A DNA stretch of 64,000 nucleotides from Octopus sinensis (lineage: Eukaryota): positions 122,698,001 to 122,762,000 of the forward strand of contig NC_042998.1 of the NCBI RefSeq assembly GCF_006345805.1, read 5' to 3'. A program made the translations under genes and the position numbers. Positions 1 to 13,272 of the stretch are shown piece by piece (position 1 is the first letter of the stretch; each line of letters starts with the position of its first letter). Under the pieces are notes generated by a model. That model was not told the origin of the DNA and made no database searches. It was given only the letters and a program-made list of their open reading frames with translations.

Positions 1-855
1 ACTAATCACTTGCTTACCGTCAGTGTGGAAGCTGTTAACTGGAATGCTTTCACAAAACATTTAGAAGCACGTTGACAGCCAGAGTTTACTATCATAAGAA
101 CAGAAAGGTTGCAGGAAGAAGGCTAGAAGGACGCTATATAGACAAAGCAGTTCTAAATGAAGTAAAAGCTAGAAAGAAAACTCTAACAATAACATGGATA
201 AATTATAGGAAAGTCTATGGCATAATCCCACATTCATGAATAAGTGAATGTTTGAGTATACTCAGTGTAGTAGACAACGTAAGAGAATTAATTAGCTTTA
301 GCATGAAGAAATGGAAAGTAGATCTTTACTCAGGTGACACACTCTTAGGGCAAGCTAATATCAAAAGAGGAATTTTCTTGGGGGACTCGTTGGCCCCTTT
401 AATATTTGTCTTATGTTTGATACCTCCACAATTTATTATTAAGGAAGGCAAAGGTAGAGTATCAGTTCAGAAATAGTAAAGGAAATATAAACCTTTTGCT
501 CTACATAGATGATCTGAAGCCTTTTAGTAAGAATGAAAAAGAGATAGATTCCTTAATACAGACTGTAAGACTCTTAAGCAAAGATATAGGCATGGAATTT
601 GGTACAGATAAGTGTTCAATATTAGCCAAGAGAAGGGGACAGGTAGTCAACAGCGAAAGCATCCATTTACCAGATTAAAACATTAAAATCATTGAAATGA
701 GGAGAGAGTTATAAGTATCTAGGAGTATTAGAATCTGACAGAGTACTATATACTGGAATGAAAACGAAAACTGAGGAGTACATCAGAAGGGTGAGGAAGC
801 TAATGAAGTCAAAGCTAGATAGCCCGAATCTAGTGAAGGCTGTAAATGTTTTGTT
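1..855 (+). mobile_element. R4/Dong-like (RLE-type) non-LTR retrotransposon, degraded reverse transcriptase fragment continuing off the left edge
   Basis: Broken frames give ITCLPSVWKLLTG, TWINYRKVYG, RGIFLGDSLAPLIFVLCLIP, LYIDDLKPF, DIGMEFGTDKC and YKYLGVLESD, which are RT motifs typical of R4/Dong LINEs; stops and frameshifts are present. Confidence 0.85.
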
Positions 856-980
856 GTATTCTGGTATATTTAAGTTCTGAGTTCAAATACCGCCAGGGTT
901 AACTTTACTTTTCCTCTTGGGTTCGATAAAATATTGCACTTATCAAGTAGCGCAACCCTATCTGATATCAATAGTAATAC

Positions 981-1362
981 AAAAGCACTCAGAGAGCGCA
1001 AACCTCCGCCAAGGAAACACCAACGTCCATTCAACGATTAACCGAAGATGATTTTTAAAATGAGAATATCTGAAATAAACTTGACTGCTCTCACAAACGA
1101 GAATGCTAAAATGAACCCGACCGCTCTCAAATATTAAGTAAAAAAAACTGGAAAAATAAACCAGAATCCTTGTCCGGTACCGGATCGATTCCAAAATCTA
1201 ATCCGTTCGTGCTAGTGCCGAGGCCAAACATCCCTGAAAGTTTCATCGGAATCCATCCTGTGGTTCTTGAGACATCTCGTCCATGGGCAAACAAGCAAAG
1301 AAACAAACAAACAAACGTGACTGAAAACAATACCTCCGCCTTCGTTAAGGCGGAGGTAATAA
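981..1362. mobile_element. Non-autonomous Helentron-associated (HINE/DINE-1-like) element
   Basis: Subterminal inverted repeat ACCTCCGCC (1002-1010) / GGCGGAGGT (1349-1357); perfect 12-bp hairpin TACCTCCGCCTT-cgtt-AAGGCGGAGGTA (1331-1358); short (CAAA)n tract just inside it; AAGCACTCAGAGAGCGCAAACCTCCGCC terminus. Confidence 0.7.
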
Positions 1363-1394
1363 TGTTTACGGTGATTAACTGGTAGAATCATTAT

Positions 1395-1590
1395 CACGCC
1401 GGGCAAAATACTTAGCGGTATTTCGTCCGACTTTACGTTCAGAGTTCAAATTCCGCCGAGGTTGATTTTTGCCTTTCATCCTTTCATGGTAGGTAAGACA
1501 AGTATCAGTTGAGGACTGAGGTCGATGTAATCAACTTACACTCCTTTCCGCAAGTTGCCGGCCTTGTGCCAAAACTAGAAATCAGTATTA
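1395..1590 (+). mobile_element. tRNA-derived SINE family A (5'-truncated copy)
   Basis: Shares GCTTAGCGGTATTTC...GAGTTCAAATTCCGCCGAGG...GCCTTTCATCCTTTC...GGCCTTGTGCCAAAA with other copies in the window; a smaller fragment lies at 874-933. Confidence 0.8.
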
Positions 1591-2490
1591 TATACACGTA
1601 TATATTTATTCCAGTACTCGTCTTCAATGCGTAGATGTATGACCTTCATACCTGAAGATAGAAATAATTATTTAAAAACCTCTATTAATAACTGACAAAC
1701 TTTGATACACATTCCCCAATATTTCAGGTCAGGTGGTTTTGTTAGAAACAATATTATCTATCTGGAATGCTCTCTACTATTCCTTTTGTCTCTCTATTCT
1801 TTATTCTCTAAAAAGCAGAGCCATTAAAGTAAATAATGCAAAAGGACAAACGATCTACCACTTCAGTTAAACCACCGTCCTATGACCTAAAGTCAATTAA
1901 ACGTTCACAACGGTAGAAACTGGATTAAATGCTTTATGGTATTATTTTCAAGTTTCTACTATTAAGTTCAAATCCATTAATCTAAGCTGGGTCGATAAAA
2001 TACATATCAATTTTGCTTATTGGTTGATACGATCGATTATACCACGCCTTACGTATTTGCTACCGTGTGTTTAATGTAAGAAATCAATATGAACGTGAAT
2101 AAGGTCAATAGGGCATCCTGCACAAGTATTAGAGCGTTTTGTTTGCTACTTTGATTACTTCGATTTACCCGCTTCAGCATTCACCTAGGCCGTTGTAATT
2201 TGGGGGTAAATTAAAGAATCATCAAATCATATATATACTGCGTTGATTGATTAATTGCATTATATTACTAGTCAACAAAAATTCTTCTTTGTAACACGAT
2301 TCTGTTATGAGCAGTGTAAAACGGGTAGAGATATTGCAAGTTGCAGTCTTGATTTGGTTCCTATTTATTACTGGAAGTATGTAAAATAAGGTTTATAATA
2401 GTTCTATGCATTCAGAATTCGTATATTATATATGTGTTCCACACACACGCACACACACATGTAAGTGTTTTATCACATGCAAATATTTAA

Positions 2491-3365
2491 TATTAGTTTC
2501 AAATTTGGCACAATGCCAGGAATTTCGGGACTGGGAGTTAGTCGATTACATCTGGTATTCATTTTATCGACCCTGAAAGGATGAAAGGCAAAGTCGACCA
2601 CGGCAGAGTTTGAACTCTGAACATAAAAACGGATGAAATGTCGCTAAGTATTTTGTCCGGCGTGCTAACAATTGTCAATTCGCCGCCTTACAAATATTTA
2701 ATATTACTACCCTCCTTAGCTGCATTTCTTTCGATTTTAATTTCTGAGTTCAAATGTCGCCGATATCGACTTTGTCTTTTATCCATTCAGGACTGATAAA
2801 ATAAGTAACAATTGAACACTAGGATCGACGTAATCGACTTATCCACTCCGACTAAATTGCCGGCCTTGAGCCCAAAATCGAAACCAATATTACTACTTGC
2901 TTTAAAAGGCAGGGGACCGGCACAATCGTTCAGGGCGGCGGGCAAAAATGCTTAGCGGTATTTCTTCCGAGTCCTCAAATTCAGAGTTCAAATTCCATCA
3001 GGGTCAACTTGGCTTTTCATCCTTGCAGGAGTCGATAAAAAAGAAAGAATATGTAAAGTGCTGAGATGGATGGTAGCGACTAATTCTTTCCCCTCGAAAA
3101 TTATTGACCTTGTTTCAACATTACCGACAATTATTACTGATTGCCTTAAGAAGGTGAGTGATCTCGCACAATCGTCAGAGCGTCATACAAAGTGGTCTCG
3201 TATTATTTGCTCTGGGTCTTTACATCCTGCTTTCAGATCTCAATGACAACTTTGCTTTCAATCCTTTTGAGGTCGATAAAAATAAAGTACCCGCAAAATA
3301 TCGAGGTGGCGTAGATGGTTTAGACTAACGCCCTCGCCTCAAAAATATTGGCCTTGAACCTATTG
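2491..3365. mobile_element. Cluster of four adjacent SINE family A copies (2491-2690 minus; 2711-2891, 2903-3135, 3140-3365 plus)
   Basis: Each copy carries a diverged GAGTTCAAAT / CTTTCATCC / GTCGATAAAA core; the first copy is reverse-complemented. Confidence 0.75.
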
Positions 3366-4559
3366 CTGTTTGCTTATCCCACACAACAGTGTAGATAAAC
3401 AGAATCGGTTGCTCAGATATATCTGTCAACGGACGATCAGTCTTATTGTTTTTTTTATCAGGAGACAATCGATTATATAAACTTAAAGATTGAACAGGAC
3501 TTTTTTATTGATCGCTATTTTTTTACAGTAGTTGATTAGCTATATAAATAAAATCATTAAATTTTTAATGTTCATCAACTAAATTGTATTATCTTATTTT
3601 GAATATAGTTAGTAGTAATACGTTAAAATAGTTAATACATCGATTTGGTTAGTTTAATTTTACAATATTTGATCAATTTATGATTTGAAAACATTATTAT
3701 ACATGCACGATGAAACATGAAGAGTTAAAAATGTGCTATTTCCCTTTTCGTTTTTAACCCCAAAGATTCAGTGTGTTTGGCTGTTACACATGAGCTGAAA
3801 TTCTACTGAAGGGGATCGATAGTATGAGAAGATCGATTTAATCCATTATAAACCTTTCTTATGAAAATTATAGTGGAATTGTATATTATACCTACTATTG
3901 ATTTTTCTCATCATTAGCAGAAGGATATACATTTTTGGGAAAGGATAGAGTTTATTTAATCGATCCTTGTACTTGATGTTTTGTCTCCCTCAGCAGGATT
4001 TGAGCAGGAAATAGTGACTAGCTTCACCTTTGACTCAAGGCAATGTTGTAAAGCAATATAGATTTTTAACATAAGCACTATAGTTACACGCTTTATGGGT
4101 TATATTTTGATATAACTCCAGAAATGTTACTGGTAATTAGGTTTACCCCATAGTCACACCTGCACAACTATACACGGTGTTTAAATAATCCATTTTCGTT
4201 TATTACGTTCAACAATGCGGGAAAATAAACAAGATACACAAATATTATGGGAACTTGGTAGTAAATGCTAATATTTATGTGGTTCAGTATCCTCATTCCA
4301 ATGCTAAATTTCAATACTTAATGATGTGACCTAAATATCTTGTGAATGATACACGTACTGCTCACTCTGAAGATAGAACTAATGCATTTTCGAAGTCTTA
4401 GTTGTTACACATTAAGACAGACATAACCATATCTTACTGAAGAAATTATCGTATTAAAATGTTTACATTCTACTTGAATTATGACCTTTTAATTGATACT
4501 CCCCATGGTCTCTCCGTATGAAAAAATAAAAAGGAAACAATATTGTGAAACCTCAGGGA

Positions 4560-5030
4560 GCAATCGCAAAAAGTAATAAATGACATAACTGATCTTAAAT
4601 TACTATGACCACCTTAAAACATCAAAGCTCTATTCTCCCCAACGTCGACGGAATGCTATATCATTTACACAATGTATACAAATTGTCCTAATTACCTTAA
4701 TATCAAATTCAGAATTCTCCCATATTATACACCTCCATTTCGTAATTCAGGATCACGGCACATTACAATATTACAACGCAATTGTTTAATATTCAGCAAG
4801 ATGGTGCCACAGCATGGCCGCAGTCTAACGCCTGAAACAAGTAAAATGCAAAAAGTACAAAAAGACCCTTCTCTTTTTAATATAATCCCAAAACAAAGCA
4901 GAGAAAGATCCGATCCTCTTACCTTCAAATAATATCTGAACAAAAAGATTCCAGACAAACTAGCTACACCTGGGTATATCTCAGTAAACAGCCATTCCCT
5001 ATTTCAATTTGCAATAATATGACTAGGCAA
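4560..5030 (+). mobile_element. CR1/L2-like LINE 3' end, decayed, interrupted by a short SINE B remnant (~4800-4860)
   Basis: Translates to KLYSPQRRR...LNIKFRI...PSLFNIIPKQ...DPLTFK...IPDK...TPGY, homologous to the CR1-like piece at 57700-58500 (PALFNIVSK...DPITFK...IPDKPPGY). Confidence 0.6.
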
Positions 5031-5059
5031 CTTTTAAATAACTCAACATATTGTATCAG

Positions 5060-5430
5060 GTTATTGAATTACAGATGGCCCGGGGCCAATATTGACCGAA
5101 CATATCTACATCTTATCTAATATAAAATTTAAGATTTATCTGAACAATCACACACCTCCAAAAACCTATATACACATATCACCCCTATATTCAGCTTAAT
5201 ACACGTATACACCTAAGCACTCCCACCCCTAATCTCTCTTTGACTTTCTCACAAAATTAGAGTCTCATTAGTCCCTACAACACTCAGTCATCTTTTTCCA
5301 CCAACCTCTTTCTTATTCTCCCCCGTCCTTTAGTTACTTGCATATTTTCTTCTGTTGAATGGCTATCATCCGAAACGTCAAATAATACGTATCATATATA
5401 TTAGCTGATTATATATTTTGACATTAAATA
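5060..5430 (+). mobile_element. Penelope-like element 3'/pseudo-LTR remnant with degenerate hammerhead-like core
   Basis: Pyrimidine-rich tract followed by CTGTTGA-ATGGCTATCATCC-GAAACGTC (5352-5379), a layout typical of PLE termini. Confidence 0.45.
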
Positions 5431-6515
5431 GAAAAATTCCTCTCTGATATTTTCTATCTGTATGGGAAAGTTTTAGCTATTTTTAAAAGCGCAAACGCGT
5501 ATACTTTTGATGACCTAAAGTAAGACATACTACAAATATTTAAATCTTTCGGCTTAAAATTACCATAAAAATTAATTTACTTCTGAATTCCTATTAAATT
5601 TAATTTACTTATGAATTCATATTAAATTTATACACTAGCTCAAATGATTTAAGAAGTCTTACGAAAAGCTTACATAAATACGTGTTCGTATCATCTACAA
5701 TAGTTCTTAAAATGTTATTAAATTATGTTGAAGAATTTGGAATCTGTCTCTTACTACGTATCTCTTCGTCAGAGATCTTACAATAACGATATCATTCAAG
5801 ACAGAGGATTGAAAAGTTAAATTAAGAGTATCCTTATAAAAGCCATCATAAATGGAAGCCGCAACATTATATACAATACGCTCGCCCGTATGGTTAGTAC
5901 GCCAACATCAATGAAACTTTAAATGATATCACAAAACATCCCTGTCGGCCGATTAATCAAGTAAGAACAGTGCCATATGAACTACTGAATGTGTTCTAAA
6001 ACGTTGAAGCATCAAATATGAGGCAAGGGTATTAAATCTTTAAACACGATCCGTGGCACAAATTTCTTTAGGTATATTTGTACCATAGAAAGGATATTTC
6101 AAAACAATATTTCAAAAGCACTTAAAAACAGAATGTAACAATGCTAGAAAACAACAACCAGTCCTTTAAAATGAAAGCTGTAAAAATATGTCATTAAAGA
6201 ATTCGCAGATAGCAGGAATATGACTGAATGCACTGTGCAACACTAAACAAAGTACAAGAGATCTGTGGTCATTTTTATATGTAAAATGACATGGGAAATC
6301 TATTTCTGGCCTTCTTTTTGCTGAATTAGGCATGGTTTCTACAGAATTGTCACTGTATACCCATTCTGTCATTATTATTAAATAAAATTATCAACCGCAT
6401 TGTAAAATGGGTTTCAACCCAGGGCTAGAGACCAATCTTAATAACACCTACAATGTGATTCAAAGCTTGTGTTTAATGTTATTCCTTATCTTTCAGATCT
6501 TATTTGTTTTCAACA

Positions 6516-7090
6516 ATGAGTGCAAGACAGTGCAAAAATGGTCCAAACAGATTCTGTTATATCTGTGGGGAATTAACGTTTGCTAAAGAAAAGCGTAGTA
6601 TTAAGGAAATACACAAGGTATACTTCGATTGTTACTTAGGAGACCAGGATAAGTCATGGGCTCCTCATGTGTGTTGCCTTACATGTGTGAAGACATTGAG
6701 AACCTGGTATGCAGGAAGAAATGTTCACATGAAGTTTGGTGTGCCAATGTTTTGGCTTGAGCAGAAAGATCATTCAAATTATTGCTATTTCTGTCACCGC
6801 GACTTTACAGGCTGTACTACAGCAAAGAAAAAAACACATCGTTTACACAAATTTGCAATCAGCAATGCACCCAGTAGAGCACTCAGAAAATTTACCAGTG
6901 CCCAAACCTCCAGATCAAGAAATACAGTGCTGATGAACATTCCAGTGGTGAATGTGTGGAGCCCAATGATCCAGAAAGCAAGAATAAACCAATACCATTT
7001 CCTCAAGAGGCTCTAAATGACTTGTGCAGGGATCTTTATTTAACCAAAGAGAAAAGTGAGTTTCTGGCATCAAGGCTTCAAGAACGTGAA
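6516..7090 (+). mobile_element. Chapaev3-like (CMC superfamily) transposase N-terminal fragment, frameshifted
   Basis: CKNGPNRFCYICG...GDQDKSWAPHVCCLTC...W...PMFWLEQKDHSNYCYFC, then in another frame PFPQEALNDLCRDLYLTKEKSEFLASRLQE. This is the Cys/His-rich N-terminus I associate with Chapaev3; no catalytic domain or TIRs were found. Confidence 0.7.
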
Positions 7091-7149
7091 AAATTAATAT
7101 ACCTTATAATCTAGCGAAAAGAATCTGTACATTAGTTTCGGACACCTAT

Positions 7150-7520
7150 ACTCATGAACGAAGACTCCTTCAACTCAGATCAATACTAATTAAAAGACAT
7201 TACCCAATATCATTATTAAATAATGGCATTAAACGAGCTATGGAACAGACTTTAAAATACTCCCATACATCTCTACACGTAACCCTAGAAACAACGAAGC
7301 CTTCAACATTATCACCCAAAATCTTCCCAATCTCACAGGAGATAAAACAATGAACAAAATCTTATGCTCACACAAAATTATCATAAGCAGAATGCAACCT
7401 AAATCATTGAAAACAATATTAACCAGCGCAAGACTATATCCATTTACAACAGAACCAAAAGTGAAAAGGTGTGGTCGACCTAACTGTGGTACATGCCCCC
7501 ACGTTTTGGAGGGTTCTTAA
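7150..7520 (+). mobile_element. Penelope-like element fragment (RT thumb to linker before the GIY-YIG domain)
   Basis: RLLQLRSILIKRHYPISLLNNGIKRAM...LPYISTRNPRN...SRMQPKSLKTILT...KRCGRPNCGTCPH (CxxxxCxxC linker). Confidence 0.75.
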
Positions 7521-8399
7521 CTTTCCAAAGAGCGTGGAAAAATTCTTTTTAGAAAAGTGGATCCTCTTTATATACGTCTTGTATCCCACTGTCTGTCTAA
7601 CACGTACACATTTCCCAACACCTGCCAACAATCTCCGTACTTCTTTCATTAACAGCTTGAATGATTCAGAAATTCGATGAAAGACTGGCTAATGTTTTAC
7701 CGTTTATACAACCAGCAGTTCGGGCCATTCTTAGCCATACACAGTCATCTAAACTGCGTATGCCAAGAAAAACAGGATTACATTTTTGATATTTTAGAAA
7801 AGTGAATTTTCAAACATTAGCTTTTGTAAATTATATAAAATAATATACATGAAATAATATACATGAAATGAAATGATGTAGATGTATTTAGATGTATTCA
7901 TATAAATTATTGTCAGTAACTTACATATATATATATATATATAAATTATTTCACTAATTCATATATATATATACATATATATAGCTGCTTTTATTATTTG
8001 TGTATTTATATATATATATATGATAAAAATGGTCAGTAAAGTGGGAAAGATTGAATTTATTGTATATTAAAACGAAATTGTAATAACGCCAAAAATATAT
8101 AAATGTTTAAATGCTAAAGATGTGACTGAATCTATGTATGTATGTACATATGTATGTATGTACATATGTATGTATGTATGTATGGTCGTATGTGTGTGTA
8201 TGTATGTATATATGTATGAATGTATGTATGTATGTTTGTATGTGTGTGTGTATGTATGTATGCATGTATGTGTGTATGTATGTATCTATCTATTAAGTAT
8301 ATAATATTGAATTCTCTTTGTATTTCTGGTTTGTGGTCTCCTTGATCTTTGATTCAAAAATTTCTTTTTCTTTCTCATTTTCTCCCTGTATCACTGTCT

Positions 8400-8453
<54 letters not shown>

Positions 8454-8829
8454 TATATATATTAACAACATGTATCAATATCATATGTGTGTGTGTATGT
8501 GTTTGTATCATACATCGGATAATATGTTTGTACATTTATATGTATTCACACACACACACACGTATAATACCTGACACGCACACCACTCCCATATAAAATA
8601 TAGACATATATAAATATGTTGCACATACATAAATAACATTAGAAGAATAATTGGGACTGAAGAGCAACATTATATGCACATATAGACGTCAGCTGCTCTT
8701 CTGATATGAACAAATCTATCAGAATCAGCGAAGGAGAGAATATTTATGGACAGCTGCTTTGAAAACTATACCCACTCTAGCCAGATTACAAATTTACATT
8801 TCAAATAATCTTTAGCTGTTGGTTATTTT

Positions 8830-9045
8830 GATAACACGGAGAAGCTGGAGTAACCAGGCAATGAAAGTGACCAGCAATCACATAGCTTTGAAATAAAATC
8901 TGTGAGCCAAACAGTAAGATATCCCAATTTCCCGAATAGTTTCCATAATATGGACCACGGCACCGAGTTGAGCAGATCTTTGGTCTTGAAGATCAATTGG
9001 TTGGTTTTTTTTGGTTGCTTTTCCTTAAAGTTGTCTTCTGGAAGA
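8830..9045 (-). mobile_element. Possible old RTE-like LINE RT fragment
   Basis: Minus frame EKQPKKTNQLIFKTKDLLNSVPWSILWKLFGKLG resembles the RT motif lifvDlxKAFDSVxxxxLWxxLxkxG, but is heavily decayed. Confidence 0.4.
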
Positions 9046-9051
9046 AAAAAA

Positions 9052-9780
9052 TGTAGGCGTTGCCGTGGCTGTGAGATAAGAAGTTTGCTTCCTTACCACA
9101 TGGTTCCGGGTTGAGTACCACTTCGTAGCACCTTGGGCAAATGTCTTTCACTGTAGCCGCGGGCCTACCAAAGCCTTGTAAGTGAACTAGGCAGACGGAA
9201 ACTAAAAGAATCCCCCTCGTATATATATATATATATGAGATCCCCTTCGGTCATGAATTACCATGTGATTGCAGCTAGAAATCCGTCTCCGGTACGGTGG
9301 TTTTGAGGAAGACCAGCTGTTGCCCATGCATACGAGATTCTCCTCTCTATGGCACCGATGTTGTCCTAGAGAAAAGCAAAGGCTGATACTGCTCGGCACC
9401 AGTGACATCTAATCTCTTTACTACAACTGAGTGAAATAGCAGCGTGAAATAGAGTGTCTTGTTCAAGAACACAACACACAGCTTGACTCGAGAATCGAAC
9501 TCACAGCCTTACGACTGTAAGCCCGACACTGTAACCACTGAGCCATGATTATAAATCTGTGTGTGTGTCATTGTGTTTGTGCCATCACCACCGATTGACA
9601 ACCAGTGTTGGTGTATTTACGCCCTAGTAACTTAGCGGTTTGGCAAAAGTAACGGATAGAATAAATAAGAGGCATAAAAAAAGGAACAAATAAAACTGGG
9701 ATTGATTCATTCGACTAAAATTCTTCAAACCAGTGTCCCAGAATGGCTGCAGTCTAATTGACTGAAACAAAAGACAAGAT
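9052..9780 (+). mobile_element. tRNA-derived SINE family B, split at its internal microsatellite by a SINE C insertion
   Basis: Head GTGGCTGTGAGATAAG...GGTTCCGGGTTGAGTACC (9052-9220) and tail GTAACTTAGCGGTTTGGCAAAA...GGCTGCAGTCTAATTGACTGAAAC (9560-9780) match copies at 13273, 42960 and 61700. Confidence 0.8.
9237..9550 (-). mobile_element. tRNA-derived SINE family C nested in SINE B
   Basis: Collinear with 55548-55872; the minus-strand head reads TGGCTCAGTGGTTACAG...GAGTTCGATTC (A and B boxes). Confidence 0.8.
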
Positions 9781-12700
9781 GCTCGACGTGCCTTGCTTAT
9801 TAAGCACAGAAACCGTACAAGGAATTTTTAGGTACCTGTTTGAACCGCAATTGCTGTATTCGAAACACTGGTGATAATAGGGAGGTTCCTTCATAGTTTT
9901 TACACTAATCCAACGCTTCTTAAGATGGTCGCTATGGACAGATCTCTGTCGTAAAATGAAATGATGGAAATGAGATTTTAGTAATCTTTGTACCTTTCAG
10001 CAGGATAACAATGAAGACCAGAATCTTTGGTTTTATGCATTTAGCAGATAGCATTGTTCGGTTCTTAACATCCACAGTTGCTTGCAGAACGTGGGAAGAT
10101 CAACGCTTGTCAGACATTCTGCTTTTATGCTTTTTACGATGACACGTTTCCCTTCGTGTTTTCTTGGTTTACGTTTGATTTGAATTTCAGTTGTAGATCT
10201 GATTCGACGAATCAGTTAAGCAGTTGTCAGCTGTTGTTATCACTTCTATGATATTGTCTTCTATAATGGTCTTTCTTTAAACAAAATCTAATAAATTTGA
10301 TACGAATGACATGATCAACTATGCATCCATGTTGTCTTAGTGATAGTTAAATTATATTCTGCATATAATTCGAAGAGAAAGCTTCCTGTAAGAAATTCTT
10401 TGTCATTATTCTTCGAAATTATTTTCATTGGGATGAGAGGTGTTTACTGGTAATAGTAAAATAGGAGCCAAAATACTTGATGTAATGGTACGGAATTTTA
10501 ATCAAATAAAATTATGCCCTTAATAATGGGAAAATGTGATTATATACTGAAATGAATTTACTATTGCATGCAGTAGAGAGTGTGTCTGATTTCGGAACTG
10601 CAAAAACAACTGTGGATATGTTTCGATCTTATTCATACTCATCAGCAAACCATAGTCTTCCAATTATAGCCAGAGCTGGAAAACAATGCCGATTCATTTT
10701 CGTGAACGATTATTGGGTGATGGGATAACTTGCGAAAGAGGCCAAGGATCTATATCAAATTAAATATTTTAATGTAACAATCTGTATTAAATTTGATGGT
10801 GTCACTAAAGGAAGTAAGAATTGGTCTTCTCAATGAGAAAATGTTGTCTTAGACTTCATAATCACAAAATCTAGGATTACATAACATTATAAATTCTATT
10901 AAGTAACACATTTAGAATAAACCATGAAAATAAGGAAAGAAGATTAAGCAACCTAAAAAAAACTGTGGTCGCCAAAACAGAAGTTCCTAGTTGTACAGAT
11001 AACTTTTTAACTTAACAGGCCCTGAAGGGCTTTATTCTGTTTCTAGTATTTGTAATCCTTGGTTCTCTAATGCACTGATTGTTGTTACAGCATCCCATGC
11101 GATTTGGGTTTTTTCGTCTCTTTTTCCATCAGTGCCGATGACAGTAGAAAGGTTGTAGGCATTACTTTTTCCCAATGTGACAAGGCCATAAAAAATACAA
11201 AAACTTTAAAAAAAGGTGTTGTAAATGATGAGCGTATCATCATTTTCTTATCGAAGAATTTTGTATGTGGCATTTGAAATACATCCCAACATACACATTC
11301 ACGATCCTTAAAATTGATTCAAATCTATAGTGAAGCTTGCGTTCCGAAGTCAAATTTACTGAAGGAAAAAAGAAAACCAAATTTCTGACATGAAGCAAGT
11401 TCATGTAGTAATTTTTACCAAACTATTCTAAACCATAAAATATTCCTTTTCCAAGGCAGCCGACATAAATATCTAATAAAAAATATTCGAATTGAAGGAA
11501 GATTACCTGCTTCTTAATTCTTTTGATATGTGTACCTTCAGCCCGCACCCGGCGAAGATTCTATTATCACGTAAAGTATAGTGAAAATACTGGATATATT
11601 CTACAAATCTAATCCTTGATAATACTAAAAGATAAAAAAGTAATCGTCAGCTGCATATGGTTGGCATTTATATCCACCTCAGGTATAATTAGATAAACTA
11701 GACTCTAGTGGCACATTTTATAGCTCAAGAATACCATCCCGGATTCTGTACAATGTGGGTGAGTGTAAAAGACTTATCAGACGATAGTACATTATATCGA
11801 CTGACCAAACTACGGCTTTAAATAAACTCTCCTCATTTCTACTAATTTATCGCTGTATAAGACAATAACTTTCTCATTTTTGTATTATTTGCCGAAAGTT
11901 GGTGTGAAACGCAATTCAATTAACTATTGAGGAATGACTCTTACGTTTATTTCTTATACAACATAAACATTGCATTACAAGTAATAATTGTGCAAATTGA
12001 TTATTTATGGCACAATGCAGTCCGTTAGAGAGAAAATACGTCAACTTATCCTATGAGTTAAGATTCAATTTTGTAGACATTGGTAGTCAACTAATACGAT
12101 CTGTCAAATTTGGTAAATAAACAGAACATAATTTCTCAAGAAAGAGATCAAAATGTTGGTTTCGTTCATGGGTAAAAAGCCAATTATCAATTTTCCCTCA
12201 GTACAAAGAAGTATTTAATCTAATGAATCGGCTGTAGTATATTAAGTATATTACCGGTACACATTTTATGAATGTCAAAAGGATTGAGAGAAAACATTAA
12301 GTGCCCAATGTTGCGGAAACCGGAGATAAGTGCCAGTCCCATGGGCAACTGTGCTTCGGAAAATGATTACTTCATTTTAGCATAAACGGTATTTAATAAA
12401 TGTCGCATAATGAATTAACATAGAGATAATGAATGAAAAAAATATCGGATATATATAAAACAAGCGATTAACCCATTCAAAAAGCAAAATAAAAGCTACA
12501 TTAGACACATTAACGGCTGATTGGCCAAGAACTTTAATTTGCAGACACATGGCTACAAGTTCGATTCTGTTCTGAATTTTAGGTATTGTTTACTGCTAAA
12601 GAACCGACTAGACCAGTATATTAAGAGTTAAATTTGGGAAAGTATTCAGCCTCTAAAATTGGGATAACTCAATAATGTAGACTAATATTTTGCAGCACGA

Positions 12701-13178
12701 TTTTTGTCAGGGAACAGGTCGCGGTCTTATAGCGACGAAAATATTTGACAAATTAAACTTAAATGTTGAAGTGAATCGAACGGCTTTTGTGTGTTTCTTA
12801 AATGGCTTACAAACACCTTCCACGCTGTAATTATTTTCGTTCCAGCACACGATCTCAGATCAAATCACTTGCTATGCAAGTACATCTCCATAATATTTTG
12901 TTACCTTCGAATTCGAATTCTAGTAGAAAAGTTTCAGGAGAGGAGATGTTGGGCTTTTCGAATAGCAGAGGATAAGCAATAGTAAGAAAAACTTGTTTAA
13001 ACTCTGTGTATTCTGTAACGCAGGTGAAGGTATACATACATAAATACATACATACATACATACATACATACATACATAAATGCATGCATACGTATATATC
13101 ACGATATGTGTGTGTGTGGCATGGTCCACTTTAAGCTGCTTTCATCTATTCAATAGATCACTACCAAATCAATATATG

Positions 13179-13265
<87 letters not shown>

Positions 13266-13272
13266 ATATATA

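Noticed and set aside
9800-10060. Minus-strand signal-peptide-like ORF (MLSAKCIKPKILVFIVILLK) and a following open frame (RSVHSDHLKKRW...)
   Set aside because: The implied intron is only 48 nt and the splice phases do not join the two frames.
10600-10660. Minus-strand CTGATGA-G...C-GAAACATATC hammerhead-like motif; a similar one at 38467-38500 on the plus strand
   Set aside because: Stems I, II and III do not pair convincingly; at best highly decayed remnants.
11724-11758. 35-nt candidate micro-exon (QEYHPGFCTMW) with a consensus GTGAGT donor
   Set aside because: Weak acceptor, no partner exons found, and too short to assign; would need RNA-seq junctions.
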